A stretch of 64,000 bases of DNA, from contig CAVRBU010000003.1 of assembly GCA_963719315.1 (NCBI GenBank), positions 192,001-256,000 on the forward strand. Direction: 5' to 3'. The DNA comes from an uncultured Planctomycetota bacterium. GTDB taxonomy: Bacteria > Planctomycetota > Planctomycetia > Pirellulales > Lacipirellulaceae. Of the stretch, positions 21,262-31,600 are shown in pieces. The notes below the pieces were generated by a model. It searched no databases, was not told the origin of the DNA, and worked only from the letters and a program-made list of their open reading frames with translations. The first letter of the stretch is position 1. Each line of letters opens with the position of its first letter. The translations under genes and the position numbers were made by a program.

Positions 21262-21984
21262 CTAATCCTTGTCGCTGTGTTTCGATTGGCGCGTTGCAAT
21301 CAACCCCGCTAAAAATCCCGCCTTGAACCCCGCGTCGATATTCACCACGGCTACGTTGTTCGCGCAGCTATTGAGCATCGACAACAGCGCCGACACGCCG
21401 CCGAAATTTGCACCGTACCCGACGCTGGTCGGCACCGCGATGATCGGGCACGCGACGTATCCGCCCACCACGCTCGGCAGCGCCCCCTCCATTCCAGCGA
21501 CGACCACGATCGCATCCGCATCGCGAAAATCGGCTAATCGCTCCGGCAACCGATGCGGCCCGGCCACGCCCACATCGTGAATCATCGTAACGCTCACGCC
21601 CATCCAATCGAGCGTCTCGCGCGCCTCCTCCGCCACCGACAAGTCCCCGGTCCCCGCCGAAATCACCGCTACCTTCCCACCCTCTCCCTTCGGGAGAGGG
21701 CAGGGTGAGGGTGCCTTGATTTTCGCAGAAGAAAGGTCCACCCGAAACGTCCGCGCGACCCCGTTGTATCGCCCGCTCGGGAACGCCACCAACAAACCGG
21801 CGGCCTGCTCGGCATCAATCCGCGTCGCCAATACCCGCTCTCCATGCTCAAGGAGCGTCGCCACGATCTCGCGCAATTGCTCACTCGATTTACCGGGCCC
21901 AAACACAACTTCCGGGAAGCCGCAACGCCGGCGCCGGTCGAGATCGATCGTCGCAGCCAGGCCCGTTAGCTCTTGCGAGTCCAT
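21262..21984 (-). CDS. larB: Nickel-pincer cofactor biosynthesis protein LarB (AIR carboxylase-like)
   Basis: GFPEVVFGPGK, AGTGDL, DVGVAG, AGMEGALPSVVGG, PTSVGYG, VNIDAGF. Confidence 0.92.
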   Translation of the reverse strand: MDSQELTGLAATIDLDRRRRCGFPEVVFGPGKSSEQLREIVATLLEHGERVLATRIDAEQAAGLLVAFPSGRYNGVARTFRVDLSSAKIKAPSPCPLPKGEGGKVAVISAGTGDLSVAEEARETLDWMGVSVTMIHDVGVAGPHRLPERLADFRDADAIVVVAGMEGALPSVVGGYVACPIIAVPTSVGYGANFGGVSALLSMLNSCANNVAVVNIDAGFKAGFLAGLIATRQSKHSDKD

Positions 21985-23735
21985 GCTCTCAGTGTAGTCG
22001 CGCGGCGACCGCACAGACAGGCTCCGACCAGCAGCAACACCGGCCAAGACGGCTCCGGGACTGAAGCGGCGAAGGCCGCGCCCGAACCACTGGCCGATTC
22101 GCCGAAATGCGTTCGCCAAATCGAGAAATCGGTGGCGTCAATCATGCCGTCGCGATTGCCGTCGGCGCCCGTGCCCTCGGCCACGCTCTGGCCATCCGTT
22201 TCGCGCCACAACACGTAATCGGCCGCGTCCACCGCGCCGTTGCCGTTGTAATCGCCGGGCAGCACCACCAGGAAGCTCACGGGGATCGTAATGATGCCGT
22301 TTTGTACCGCGGCCGTCGTTTGCACGCCCTGGCTGGTGCTTGTGACCGTGATCGTGCCGGTGTGCATGCCGATGCTGGACGTATCCAATCCGACCAGGTG
22401 CATGTTGCCGCCGCCGAGCGCCTGATCCATTTGATTGAGATACGAGCCCGTGAGCCAGCCGCTCGTCGTCAGCGAATAATCGAGTTCATCGGCGCCAATC
22501 GTCGCGACCACATTCGCCGCATTGCTGACCGTCACGCCCAAGCTAAACGCTTGCCCCAAGTCGAGGCTCGCGGGAATGGATCCGGCAATCGCACTCATCA
22601 CGGCCGGCAATTGATAATCCGCCACGACTGGGATGTGATCCGTCACCGAATGCAGCGCGTTGAGGATTTGACTCTTCGTGTACGATGTGACGCCGGGAAA
22701 CGTAACTGTATTGCTCCCGCTGTTGATATCGCCATTGAACGTGGACCCGTTGTTGCCGAAGGCGTGATACGAATGCGTGAGCCCAGACATCTCCGGCACG
22801 CCGGGCACCGGGCCGATGTAGGCCAGTCCTTCGCCGTCCAAGAATTCGCCGGTCGTGAGTTGGAAATCGAACCGGTCGTCCATGCCGCCGCCGGCGCCGC
22901 AGCCGGTAGAGGAGCTCACGCACGGCGACTGCGTGTGCACGTCCGCAAAGCTGCTGGCGTTGTGCCAATTGCCTACGCGATTGAGCGGATCATTCGCCTG
23001 GCCGGCGCCCGCCGCTGTCAGCGTGCCCCACGCCGGCTCGCGCGAGTCGGAGTAGTAGAAGTTATGGTCGCCGGCGAAAATCGCGTGCGTGCCCTCCGGC
23101 AGCGCATTCGAGTTGATGCGAATAGCCGTTGCTTCGGCATTCCGTTGCGTTGCGTTGGTTCCCGGCGGATTCGTGTCCAGGCTCGCCTTGTAGTGGCTGT
23201 TATAGATATAGAAATCGGAGCCTGGGCTGTCGTAGCCCACTGGTCGCACGTGGGTCCGCACCGTTTGCCGCGGTGAGGTACTCAGTACCGTTTGATCCGC
23301 GCTCTGAATCGTTTGAATCGTCTGCGTGCGATAGACGATCGTTTGCGTCGAGTCGCCCGAACCGGTGCGGTTGCCCATCGCGTAGGTGATGCCCGAATCG
23401 TTGTAAATGTTATTGAGCAGCGCGACAAACAATTGCGTATCGGGCGATGGCTTGTTGGCGCCGGGCACGCCCCCCGGAATACTCTGCTCCTGCAGCAGCA
23501 AGATATCGATCGGCTTGGCGATGCCGTTGCGGGTTTCCTCTCCGATCGACTTCAGGACGATTTCCATCCCGGCATCCGGCGGCCCGGTCGTGTTGTACGT
23601 GACGACCCGTAACTGAGCGTTCGCCGAAAGCGTCGCCGCCAGCCAAATCAGAACGCCGAGTTTCCCGGCCGCGAACCATCCGCGCCAGTTCTGGAAGCCC
23701 AACCGGCGCTGCCTACGACTGTCCCGTTCCACCAT
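21966..23735 (-). CDS. Secreted EEP (DNase I-like) nuclease/phosphatase with dockerin-like repeat and PEP-CTERM tail
   Basis: VVTYN, LLQE, NSHYKA, AGDHN, DDRFD, TDHIPV; GDYNGNGAVDAADY; VPEP+TM+RR. Confidence 0.85.
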   Translation of the reverse strand: MVERDSRRQRRLGFQNWRGWFAAGKLGVLIWLAATLSANAQLRVVTYNTTGPPDAGMEIVLKSIGEETRNGIAKPIDILLLQEQSIPGGVPGANKPSPDTQLFVALLNNIYNDSGITYAMGNRTGSGDSTQTIVYRTQTIQTIQSADQTVLSTSPRQTVRTHVRPVGYDSPGSDFYIYNSHYKASLDTNPPGTNATQRNAEATAIRINSNALPEGTHAIFAGDHNFYYSDSREPAWGTLTAAGAGQANDPLNRVGNWHNASSFADVHTQSPCVSSSTGCGAGGGMDDRFDFQLTTGEFLDGEGLAYIGPVPGVPEMSGLTHSYHAFGNNGSTFNGDINSGSNTVTFPGVTSYTKSQILNALHSVTDHIPVVADYQLPAVMSAIAGSIPASLDLGQAFSLGVTVSNAANVVATIGADELDYSLTTSGWLTGSYLNQMDQALGGGNMHLVGLDTSSIGMHTGTITVTSTSQGVQTTAAVQNGIITIPVSFLVVLPGDYNGNGAVDAADYVLWRETDGQSVAEGTGADGNRDGMIDATDFSIWRTHFGESASGSGAAFAASVPEPSWPVLLLVGACLCGRRATTLRAWTRKS

Positions 23736-24058
23736 CGAAATAATCTCTGACGCATGCCTCTCTGTAGCACTTCATCGTATCACAACCGTTTGCAAGGGGC
23801 CCGATTTTGGTGCAGCGACACAGGGCCGATCAAATGTTCAAGCTGCGGTACTTGTGGGTGGGTCGAGTTGCGAGACCCACCATGGATCTCGGAACCGACC
23901 CCCCACATGACACTAAATTCTGATGAAATTGCGAAGTTTTCGCGAAAAATCGCTATCCAAGCGGCACAATCATTGACCCCAGCGCCAGAACGAGTACCAT
24001 CAAGAAAGCTATTCAAATGGGCAAGCTACAGGCGAATTTCAAATCAACGGGAACAAAG

Positions 24059-25414
24059 ATGATGCTGAAAATATGGACGCGCGGGCTGCTATTCGGGATT
24101 CTGCTTCTGGCGGCTCAGAATGCCGCCGCCATCGACACTTTGTACGTGCTGCAAATCGGCGACGGCTCCGCCTCACTTAGTACGTCCGCAGCGGCGGTCA
24201 TTATCCAGAAATTCGATGCCTCCAACGGTAGCTCGACAGGCTCGATTGCTTTGCCAACGGCCGTCTCAGGGGCAAATCAGCCATTAACTGTGAGGGGGTC
24301 CTCAACGTCCGAAGGCCATTTGGCTCTTTCTACCGATGGCAACTACTTGACGCTTGGTGGCTATGCCGCAGTACCCGGTACCGTAGAAGTCGCTCGGACG
24401 GATGCTGCGACTACCGGCCGCGTTCTCGGTCGGATACCCGTCAGCACTGGCATCCCGGACACAAGCACCGTCTTGAGCGATGCTTATGACGGTTTAGCAG
24501 GCGGCGACGGTAGTATCCGTAGCGTGGTCTCCACAGACGGCAGCGAGTTCTGGACGGCCGGAACTCGAGGTTTCGGCGCTCCCAGCGGAAGTGACGGCGT
24601 CCGTTACGCAACATACGGAAGCACGACCTCGACGTCCGTCGAGAACTTTCCTGACGGCCAATCGAACACTCGTATTGTCAATATCACCGGCGGCCAACTG
24701 TACATGGGTACCGGATCGGCTTCCGCCGGAACTTCTTCAGCAGTTGTCGGGATCAACACGATTGGCACCGGCCTGCCGACAACAAGCGGGCAGTCGGCCG
24801 CGCCGTATGTCGACACGTCGGTCACCGGCTCCGGGACGGCATCGCCATATGCCTTTTGGTTTAAGGACGCCAACACGGTCTATATTGCGGATGATCGCGC
24901 AGTAGCCAGCGGCGGCGGCATTCAGAAATGGATATTTGATAGCGGTAGCAGTACTTGGTCACTGGATTACATTCTCAGCTCCGGAGCATCGGGGGCACGC
25001 GGCTTGATCGGCACCGTCGTCGGTGCCGACACGGTGCTTTACGCGACGAACGCTGAATCCGCCAGTAAGCTCATCACGATCACGGACACCGGCATGGGCT
25101 CAATACCCACGACGCTGGCGACTGCTCCCGCAAACACTGCCTTCCGCGGTGTGGCGTTTGTTCCTGGGGCCGCCGGACTCGCGGGTGACTACAACGATGA
25201 TGGCCACGTGAACGCGGCCGATTATGTGACGTGGCGCAAGGATCCGGCTAGCTTCGGCGGGGCCGGCGGCTACGATACGTGGCGGCAGAACTTCAACAAT
25301 CCGCCTGGCAGCGGCAGCAACCTCGGCTCCGCCACCGCCGTGCCCGAGCCGGCCAGCGCCGTGCTCCTGCTGTTCGGCAGCGCCGCCTTGCTGTGGCGGC
25401 GCCGTGCGGCCTAG
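24059..25414 (+). CDS. PEP-CTERM surface protein with dockerin-like repeat
   Basis: Signal peptide, S/T/G-rich beta region ending NTAFRGVAF, GDYNDDGHVNAADY, VPEPASAVLLLFG...WRRR. Confidence 0.88.
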   Translation: MMLKIWTRGLLFGILLLAAQNAAAIDTLYVLQIGDGSASLSTSAAAVIIQKFDASNGSSTGSIALPTAVSGANQPLTVRGSSTSEGHLALSTDGNYLTLGGYAAVPGTVEVARTDAATTGRVLGRIPVSTGIPDTSTVLSDAYDGLAGGDGSIRSVVSTDGSEFWTAGTRGFGAPSGSDGVRYATYGSTTSTSVENFPDGQSNTRIVNITGGQLYMGTGSASAGTSSAVVGINTIGTGLPTTSGQSAAPYVDTSVTGSGTASPYAFWFKDANTVYIADDRAVASGGGIQKWIFDSGSSTWSLDYILSSGASGARGLIGTVVGADTVLYATNAESASKLITITDTGMGSIPTTLATAPANTAFRGVAFVPGAAGLAGDYNDDGHVNAADYVTWRKDPASFGGAGGYDTWRQNFNNPPGSGSNLGSATAVPEPASAVLLLFGSAALLWRRRAA

Positions 25415-25544
25415 TGCTTTGTCACAGCTTGATTTTGGGATTAGCCGCGGGGCGCTAGCCCCCGGTTGGAGCGGCACAAACCGGGGGCTAGCGCCCTGCG
25501 GCTGATGCGCCCAACCCCAATTTTTAGCTGTGACAAAGCACTAG
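25411..25544 (+). mobile_element. 134-bp MITE-like element, copy 1
   Basis: Perfect terminal inverted repeat CTAGTGCTTTGTCACAGCT including CTAG at both ends; internal long hairpin; near-identical inverted copy at 52425-52558. Confidence 0.85.
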
Positions 25545-25632
25545 AGTCGCTGGTTCAATCCAATTGAAAACTCGAAGCCCAAGACTTCCCCTGAAGCTTG
25601 GGCTTTCTTCCGTCCTATTGGAACGAGGCGCG

Positions 25633-26453
25633 TCACTCCGCCGCGATCGTGATCAGCTCCTCGCTTACCGCTTCGATCTGCTCGGCCGTGAGTCGCGGCA
25701 ACTCATCGGCGTAACCGACCAACAGCGCCAAATCGGCCAGCCGATTGATTTGCCGGGCCACGCCGTGGCCCAAATAGTGCAACGCCTCGACCGCCTCGGG
25801 CGTGAAGATTTCGCGCGCGGCGCCGGCCGCGGCGAGCCGATGACGCACGTACTCGGCCGTTTCTCCCACCGTGAACGAGCGCACAGGCGCCTTCACCGCG
25901 ACTCGTTCCTCCAAGCTGGGCAGCCGTCCGACGGCCGAAACGAGGTTCATTTGCCCGATCAAGACGAGCGTGAGCGCCGGCCCGCCCGCCACTTCGAAGT
26001 TCAACAACAATCGCAAGGTCTCTAAGGCTCCGCAGTCTTCCAGCAAATGCGCCTCATCGATGACGACCACTGCGTGCCGGCCTTGCTCCGCATTTTGTCG
26101 GAGCGTGGTTTCGAGCCGCCGCACGCTTTCCTCGATCGTATGCCGCGGCGGATCGGCCGCCGGCGCTCGGAGCTGCTCCGCCAGATACACGAGCAGATCG
26201 CGACTCGACATCTGCGGAAACACCACGTTCACCTGCGGCTGAAACGTCTCCGCCAACTCGTTGCGAAAAAGCTGCACGAGCATCGTCTTGCCGACGCCCG
26301 CCGGCCCGGCCAGCAGCACCGCGCCCGGCGGTTTTCCACCGCGTACCGTAGCTTCAACAGCGCCGCCTCGTGCGTCTCCGAGGGAAAAAACTTAGTCCGA
26401 TCGGCGCCGGGCTCAAATGGCTTCGACGCAAGTTGCCAATAGTCTATGTACAT
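25633..26453 (-). CDS. ExeA/PrsA-like AAA ATPase; frameshift near 26325
   Basis: MYIDYWQLASKPF..HEAALLKL, GPAGVGKT, VVIDEAHLL, LVLIGQ, GVARQINRLADLALL. Confidence 0.88.
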
Positions 26454-26513
26454 GGGCGGGAAGGGGCCAGAGTTCTGAGGTTGGAAGCGAGAACGCGAAA
26501 TCGGCAAGTTGGG

Positions 26514-27473
26514 TCAGGCCGCTTTAGGCTTGGGCACGCGATTCTCGATCACGCCCAGCAGCTCGCAGCCGCTGCGGCCAAGGTGTTCGGTGATCGTCGC
26601 CAGGTCGCGGGGGTCGGCCGGCTCGGGGCCCGCTATCGCGACCGTCGCATCGACGCCCAAGTTGCTGATCAGTTCGATCACGGTCGGCTGCGAGACGGGG
26701 TCAAAAAACGTACCCAGGTCCACAATCACCAGGTCGTACGCATGTCGCAGCACGCCGGCCGTTACGGCCGCCTGCAACCCGCCGACGAGCGGCTGAGGAT
26801 CCTTGACGGGCCGCTTGCCTAGCGCAAGCAAGTCGAGGCGGTCTTCCGTGGCGTGGATCACCGCGTCGGCCAGCGGCGCCGAATGTTTCAAGACTTCTTC
26901 CCACCCTGCGGTCGGCGCCGCTTCGAGCAGCGAGGCCAAACGCGGGCTACGAAAATTGCCGTCGGCCAAAATCACGCGTTGACCCTGGCCGGCCGCCCGC
27001 GACGCCAGGCACAATGCCGCCGTCGTCGCCCCGCCGCGGGGAAACATCCCCAGTACGCCGAGCAGCGAATTGCCGGCTTTGGCCCGCGCCAGCATGATGC
27101 GGATCACGTGGTCGAGTTGCGGCCCGCTTTGTTGGAGCAACACTCGGCACACCGCCGGCCACTCGAACGAGGCCACCGTCGTGCCGGGGCGAAGCACTTC
27201 CGTGCGGGCGTCGTCGCTCGTTTCGGGGCCTGCCTCTTCGATCGGCGAAGTGTGAGTGAGGAACGACGAGAGCGGCCGCCGTTCAGGCGCCGATTGCAAG
27301 CCGGCCCTGGTCGGTCCTCGTTGGGCCGACCGTGCTGCGGCTACCATCGCCGCCGCGTTCGCAACGCGAGCAGACGGCGTATTCTCCGCGGCAATAATTG
27401 GTTCAACACCGGCGTCTTGTTGCGCGGCGTCGTGCCGGTAGGCCTTGATGAAAGCCCGATTTGTTGTGGACAT
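26514..27473 (-). CDS. CpsD/CapB (BY-kinase)/MinD-like P-loop protein with degenerate Walker A
   Basis: GMFPRGGATT, RVILADGNFRSP, YDLVIVDLG, LLGVIEN. Confidence 0.7.
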   Translation of the reverse strand: MSTTNRAFIKAYRHDAAQQDAGVEPIIAAENTPSARVANAAAMVAAARSAQRGPTRAGLQSAPERRPLSSFLTHTSPIEEAGPETSDDARTEVLRPGTTVASFEWPAVCRVLLQQSGPQLDHVIRIMLARAKAGNSLLGVLGMFPRGGATTAALCLASRAAGQGQRVILADGNFRSPRLASLLEAAPTAGWEEVLKHSAPLADAVIHATEDRLDLLALGKRPVKDPQPLVGGLQAAVTAGVLRHAYDLVIVDLGTFFDPVSQPTVIELISNLGVDATVAIAGPEPADPRDLATITEHLGRSGCELLGVIENRVPKPKAA

Positions 27474-27480
27474 GGCTGGC

Positions 27481-28449
27481 CTATCGGGGCGAGGGAGTGT
27501 CAATGGATGTGCCTGGCGCCTGGGCAACTGCCGGTGAGTTGGTCGTACAGTGGTTGCGATCGGTGTCACCCTCGCCCCCGTCCTGCGGCAACTCCGTCGT
27601 TTGCACCCGTGGCAGCGCGTTCCCGGCGGCGCCGAATAAAATCGGCGAACCGACGCCCAGCTCACTTGCCGAAATCGTATCCGGCACGATATCGCCGCGG
27701 AGTTTTGCGTAATCGTCGTTGTCGCGCACTCGTCCCACACGCGTGTTCGACTCCGGCGTGGTTCGGGCCGGACCGGCCGAACTCGGCGGGCTGCCCGCTC
27801 GGTCGGCCGTCTTCGCGGCCGGATTCACCGGTTCCTGGGCCGTCGTCGTGGGCGCCTCGGCTGGCCGTCTCGCGGGGGTGCCGAACAGTCCTGTGACTTG
27901 GGCCCATGTTCCAGCGGCCGTGAACAACGCGAATAAGGTTACAAATCGAATGAGCGGAGAAAGCGTATCGATCAACCGCGTTCTGGGAATCGCAAAGGGA
28001 TTCGACGCCGGCAAGACGGGCGACGCATGGCGTGGCGTCCGCATCCGCCGCTCCGCCGGTCGGCTTCGCTCAAACACGTGTGGCTGATGTGTCCGTGACG
28101 CATGCGGCGAGAATATCAATTCGGACTTCAGCGTCGGCGATTGCGGGTAGCGCTCGGCCTCCGCTCCCGGTGCTTGCCGATCCGCGGCTTGCGGCGGGTC
28201 GAACCGATAATCGACGCCGCCCGCGGCCAGTTTTTTCGTCGTACGCTGCAACTCGACTTCGGCCGAAACATCGGGCAAGCGAGCGAGCACCGGCTTGGCC
28301 GCCAATGCGGCTGGGCTCCGCTGCGAATCTGCCGCCGATTTGCGAGGTGATCTATCCACCGTGCGCCGCCATGTTTCGTTGAGAGGTGTAATGCCTAACG
28401 TCGCCCGACCCGCTAGCCCTTCTGTCGGAAGGGATCTGAACGGCTTCAC
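27481..28449 (-). CDS. Hypothetical single-TM, low-complexity protein; start uncertain
   Basis: Long ORF co-oriented with neighbours; TM segment IRFVTLFALFTAAG. Confidence 0.6.
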   Translation of the reverse strand: MKPFRSLPTEGLAGRATLGITPLNETWRRTVDRSPRKSAADSQRSPAALAAKPVLARLPDVSAEVELQRTTKKLAAGGVDYRFDPPQAADRQAPGAEAERYPQSPTLKSELIFSPHASRTHQPHVFERSRPAERRMRTPRHASPVLPASNPFAIPRTRLIDTLSPLIRFVTLFALFTAAGTWAQVTGLFGTPARRPAEAPTTTAQEPVNPAAKTADRAGSPPSSAGPARTTPESNTRVGRVRDNDDYAKLRGDIVPDTISASELGVGSPILFGAAGNALPRVQTTELPQDGGEGDTDRNHCTTNSPAVAQAPGTSIDTPSPR

Positions 28450-28495
28450 GAGCTTCCAAGGCAGGTTCAGGTCCCGCTCGGCAAGCAGAACCTAC
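28417..28495. repeat. Degenerate REPIN, same family as 52399-52614
   Basis: CCCTTCTGTCGGAAGGG ... GCAGGTTCAGGTCCCGCTCGGCAAGCAGAACCTAC. Confidence 0.7.
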
Positions 28496-28619
28496 CTTTG
28501 GGCGAGGCCCGTCCCGGCCGCTACTAAGCCACTGTCTGTATCGGGAACAGATTGTGCCAGCCTTGAGGGTTGGCGCAATCGCGGGAAGAAAAGCACAGCG
28601 GCAAGGCTAGCAATGCCTG

Positions 28620-31600
28620 CTACCGTTGGGCGACTGCGGCCTTCTTCTCGCCGCGCCACTCGTTTGCCAGCCAGATGATGGCCGTGCCGTCGCGGCTCGA
28701 AGTGAGCACATTCAGGCCGTCCGGCGAAAAGCTCACGCTCGTCACTTCCTGGGTATGGCCAGGCAACGTCAGGATTTCCTTGCCCGTCTTCGAGTCCCAG
28801 AGCTTGGCCGTGTTGTCCTGGCTGCCGGTGACGACGCGGGTGCCATCGGGCGAGAAGGCCACCGACGTCACTGCCGCCGAGTGACCTTCAAGCGGGATCA
28901 ATTTGTCGCCCGTCATGGCGTCCCAGATGATGGCGGTCTTATCCTGGCTGCCGGTGATGATCCGCTTGCCGTCGGCCGAGAACTCGCCGCACAGCACGGC
29001 CCAATTGTGTCCCGTGAACGGCGCACTGATAGGGTTCCCTGTGGCCCGGTCCCAAATGCGGGCTGTTTTGTCGCCGCTCACCGTGAGAATCCGCGTGCCA
29101 TCTGGTGAAAACGAAGCGGACAAAATTCGCTCCGTATGTCCCTTGAACACGACGCCTGTCGCCTTGCCCGATTGCACGTCCCACAAGCGAGCGGTGCCGT
29201 CGTCGCTTGCCGTGAGCAGTTCCCGGCCGTCCGGAGAAAACTCAACCGAATTGATGTAGCCGGTGTGACCGCCGTCGAGTTTGTGGATCGCGCGGCCGGT
29301 GTCGATGTCCCAAATCTTGGCCGAGTGGTCCCAACTGCCGGTCGCGACCAGTTTGCCATCGGGTGATATGGCCGCCGACGCCACCGCGCCGTGCGGGCTG
29401 TAGCGAATGACGGGCCGGCGCGTGTCGATATCCCACATCTCAGCGTCGTTGCCGCCGATCGTGAGAATGTGGCGACCATCGGGCGCGAACATGGCGGCCC
29501 ATACTTCACCGCCCAACTTGTTGAAATCGAGAAACGACTTGGTCGCGTCGGCCTGGGCCGCATCGGCCGCCAGCCCGGTCGCAGCCGTCGAAACGTTCCA
29601 CAGTCGAACCGTCTTGTCTATGGAAGAGGCCAGCACCGCCGTGCTGCCATCCGGCGAAAACGCGGCCGAATTAAACGGCCGCCCCGGCGGCGACTTCACG
29701 GCCGCTAGCAGCTTCGCGTCCGCCAGCCGCCACAAACGAGCCAGGCCGTCGTCACAAGTCGTCAGCGCGAGCTTTCCGTCTGCCGATAAGTCGAGCGATG
29801 AGACCCACTCGGCGTGCTTGAGTACAAGTTCGCGCAATTCTTCACCACTCGATACTTCCCACTGACCACACGTACGATCGCCGCTCGACGTCACCAGTCT
29901 CTTGCCGTCCGGCGTGAACCGCATCCCCGAGATCGACCCGTTATGCCCCACCAACTCCTTGTCGAGCACCCACCGCGGTGAACCGCCTGGTGCGTTCGTT
30001 TCGATCCGCCACAGCCGCACGTGCCCTCGATTATCGCCACTCGCCAGCAACTCGCCGCTGGGCGAAAACATGAGAGCCGAAATCTCGGCCTCGTGACCTT
30101 GCAATGTGCCAAGCGCGGCGCCGGACTGAGCGCTCCAAAGCTTGATGTCGTTACCCGGGCTGCCCGTGGCCAGCCACTGGCCATTGGGCGAAACCGCGAG
30201 CGTGCCGATCCGGCCGGTCGGCGTCATCACGGCCGTTTGCGTGCCGGCCGTCAGATCCCAGATGCGAACCGAATTGTCGCCGGCCCCGGTCGCCAAGTGG
30301 CGGCCGTCCGGATAAAATACGACGCCCGAAACCAGGAACTCATGCCCTTCCTCGAACCGCCGCACCGGCTGGCCGGTGTTGGCGTCCCACAGGCTGGCCG
30401 TGCGATCCCGGCTGGCCGTTACGATCTTCTGACCGTCCGGTGAGAAGCGGGCTGAAAGCACGGCATCCTCATGACCCTCATGACGGGCAAAAACCGTGGC
30501 GTGCAGTACGAGCGTTTCCTGATAGCCTCGTACGTCCCACAGCCGCACGCTTTCATCGTCGCCGCCGGAGAGCACCAGTTTTCCATCCGGCGAAAAAGTG
30601 CATGAACGCACAATGCCGCCGTGGCCACGGAGCGCTTTGATCTCTTCGCCGGCCGCCACGTCCCACAATCGAATCGAGTTGTCTTCGCTGCCGCTCAAGA
30701 CGAGCTTTCCGTTTGGCGAAAAACCGACCGAGCGCACCGGCCCGTCGTGCCCCGCCAGGCGAATGTACTCCAGCTTCATGTCGGGCCGATGATGCAGCCG
30801 ATTGTCGATATCGATCGGCTCCACTTCGTCCGGATTCCAGACCATCACCATCTTGTCGTAACCACCCGTGGCAATCAGCTTGCCATCCGGCGAAAATCGC
30901 GCACTGTAGACGGCCCCGTCATGCCCCGTGAACTCGGTGATTTGCGTGTAGAGGGGTAACCCACTCGTGGGGCGGACAATCCCATCCGTCGCCGATGAGT
31001 CGTGACGGAACGGATCGTCTGTACTGCGCTGCCACACTATTGCCTTGCCGTCCTGTCCGGCTGTCACCACGCGATTGCCGTCCGGCGAAAATTCGGCCGA
31101 CCAGACCCACCAGCTATGCCCCCTAAGCGTCTGCAGCTCGGCTTCCGTAGCTATGTCCCACAGCCGGGCCGTGTTGTCGTACGAACCACTCAATAGCTGC
31201 TTGCCATCGGGCGAGAATCGCACGCTCAGCACGCCGTCGGTGTGGCCCTTCAGCGTTTTCAGCACGTCACCGTTGGCTGCATCCAAAATGTGAATCGTCT
31301 TGTCGCTGCTGCCGGTGGCGATTTGCCGGCCGTCGGGCGAATACGCCACCGCCAACACGTACTGACCCTGCGGCACTTCGTACCCTTGGCCCGTTTGCAC
31401 ATCGCGAACCGTGAGCTTGCCCTTCATGTCGCCAGAGGCGATCGACTTGCCGTCCGGAGAATAGGCCACCGCATCCACCGGTCCGCCCATTTTGTAGCTG
31501 GCGGCGTCCAGTTCGCACATGTGCGTCAGCCGGCCCCATTCCCAGTTCCGCAAGTCGGGCTGGCTCGCATCCAGCAATTGCTGGGCGCTATCGAACGCGT

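Noticed and set aside
21262..21984. Complete lactate racemase (lar) operon
   Set aside because: Only larB is present in the window
23850..23910. tRNA or ncRNA between the PEP-CTERM genes
   Set aside because: No cloverleaf or T-loop; looks like a degenerate REP-like hairpin pair
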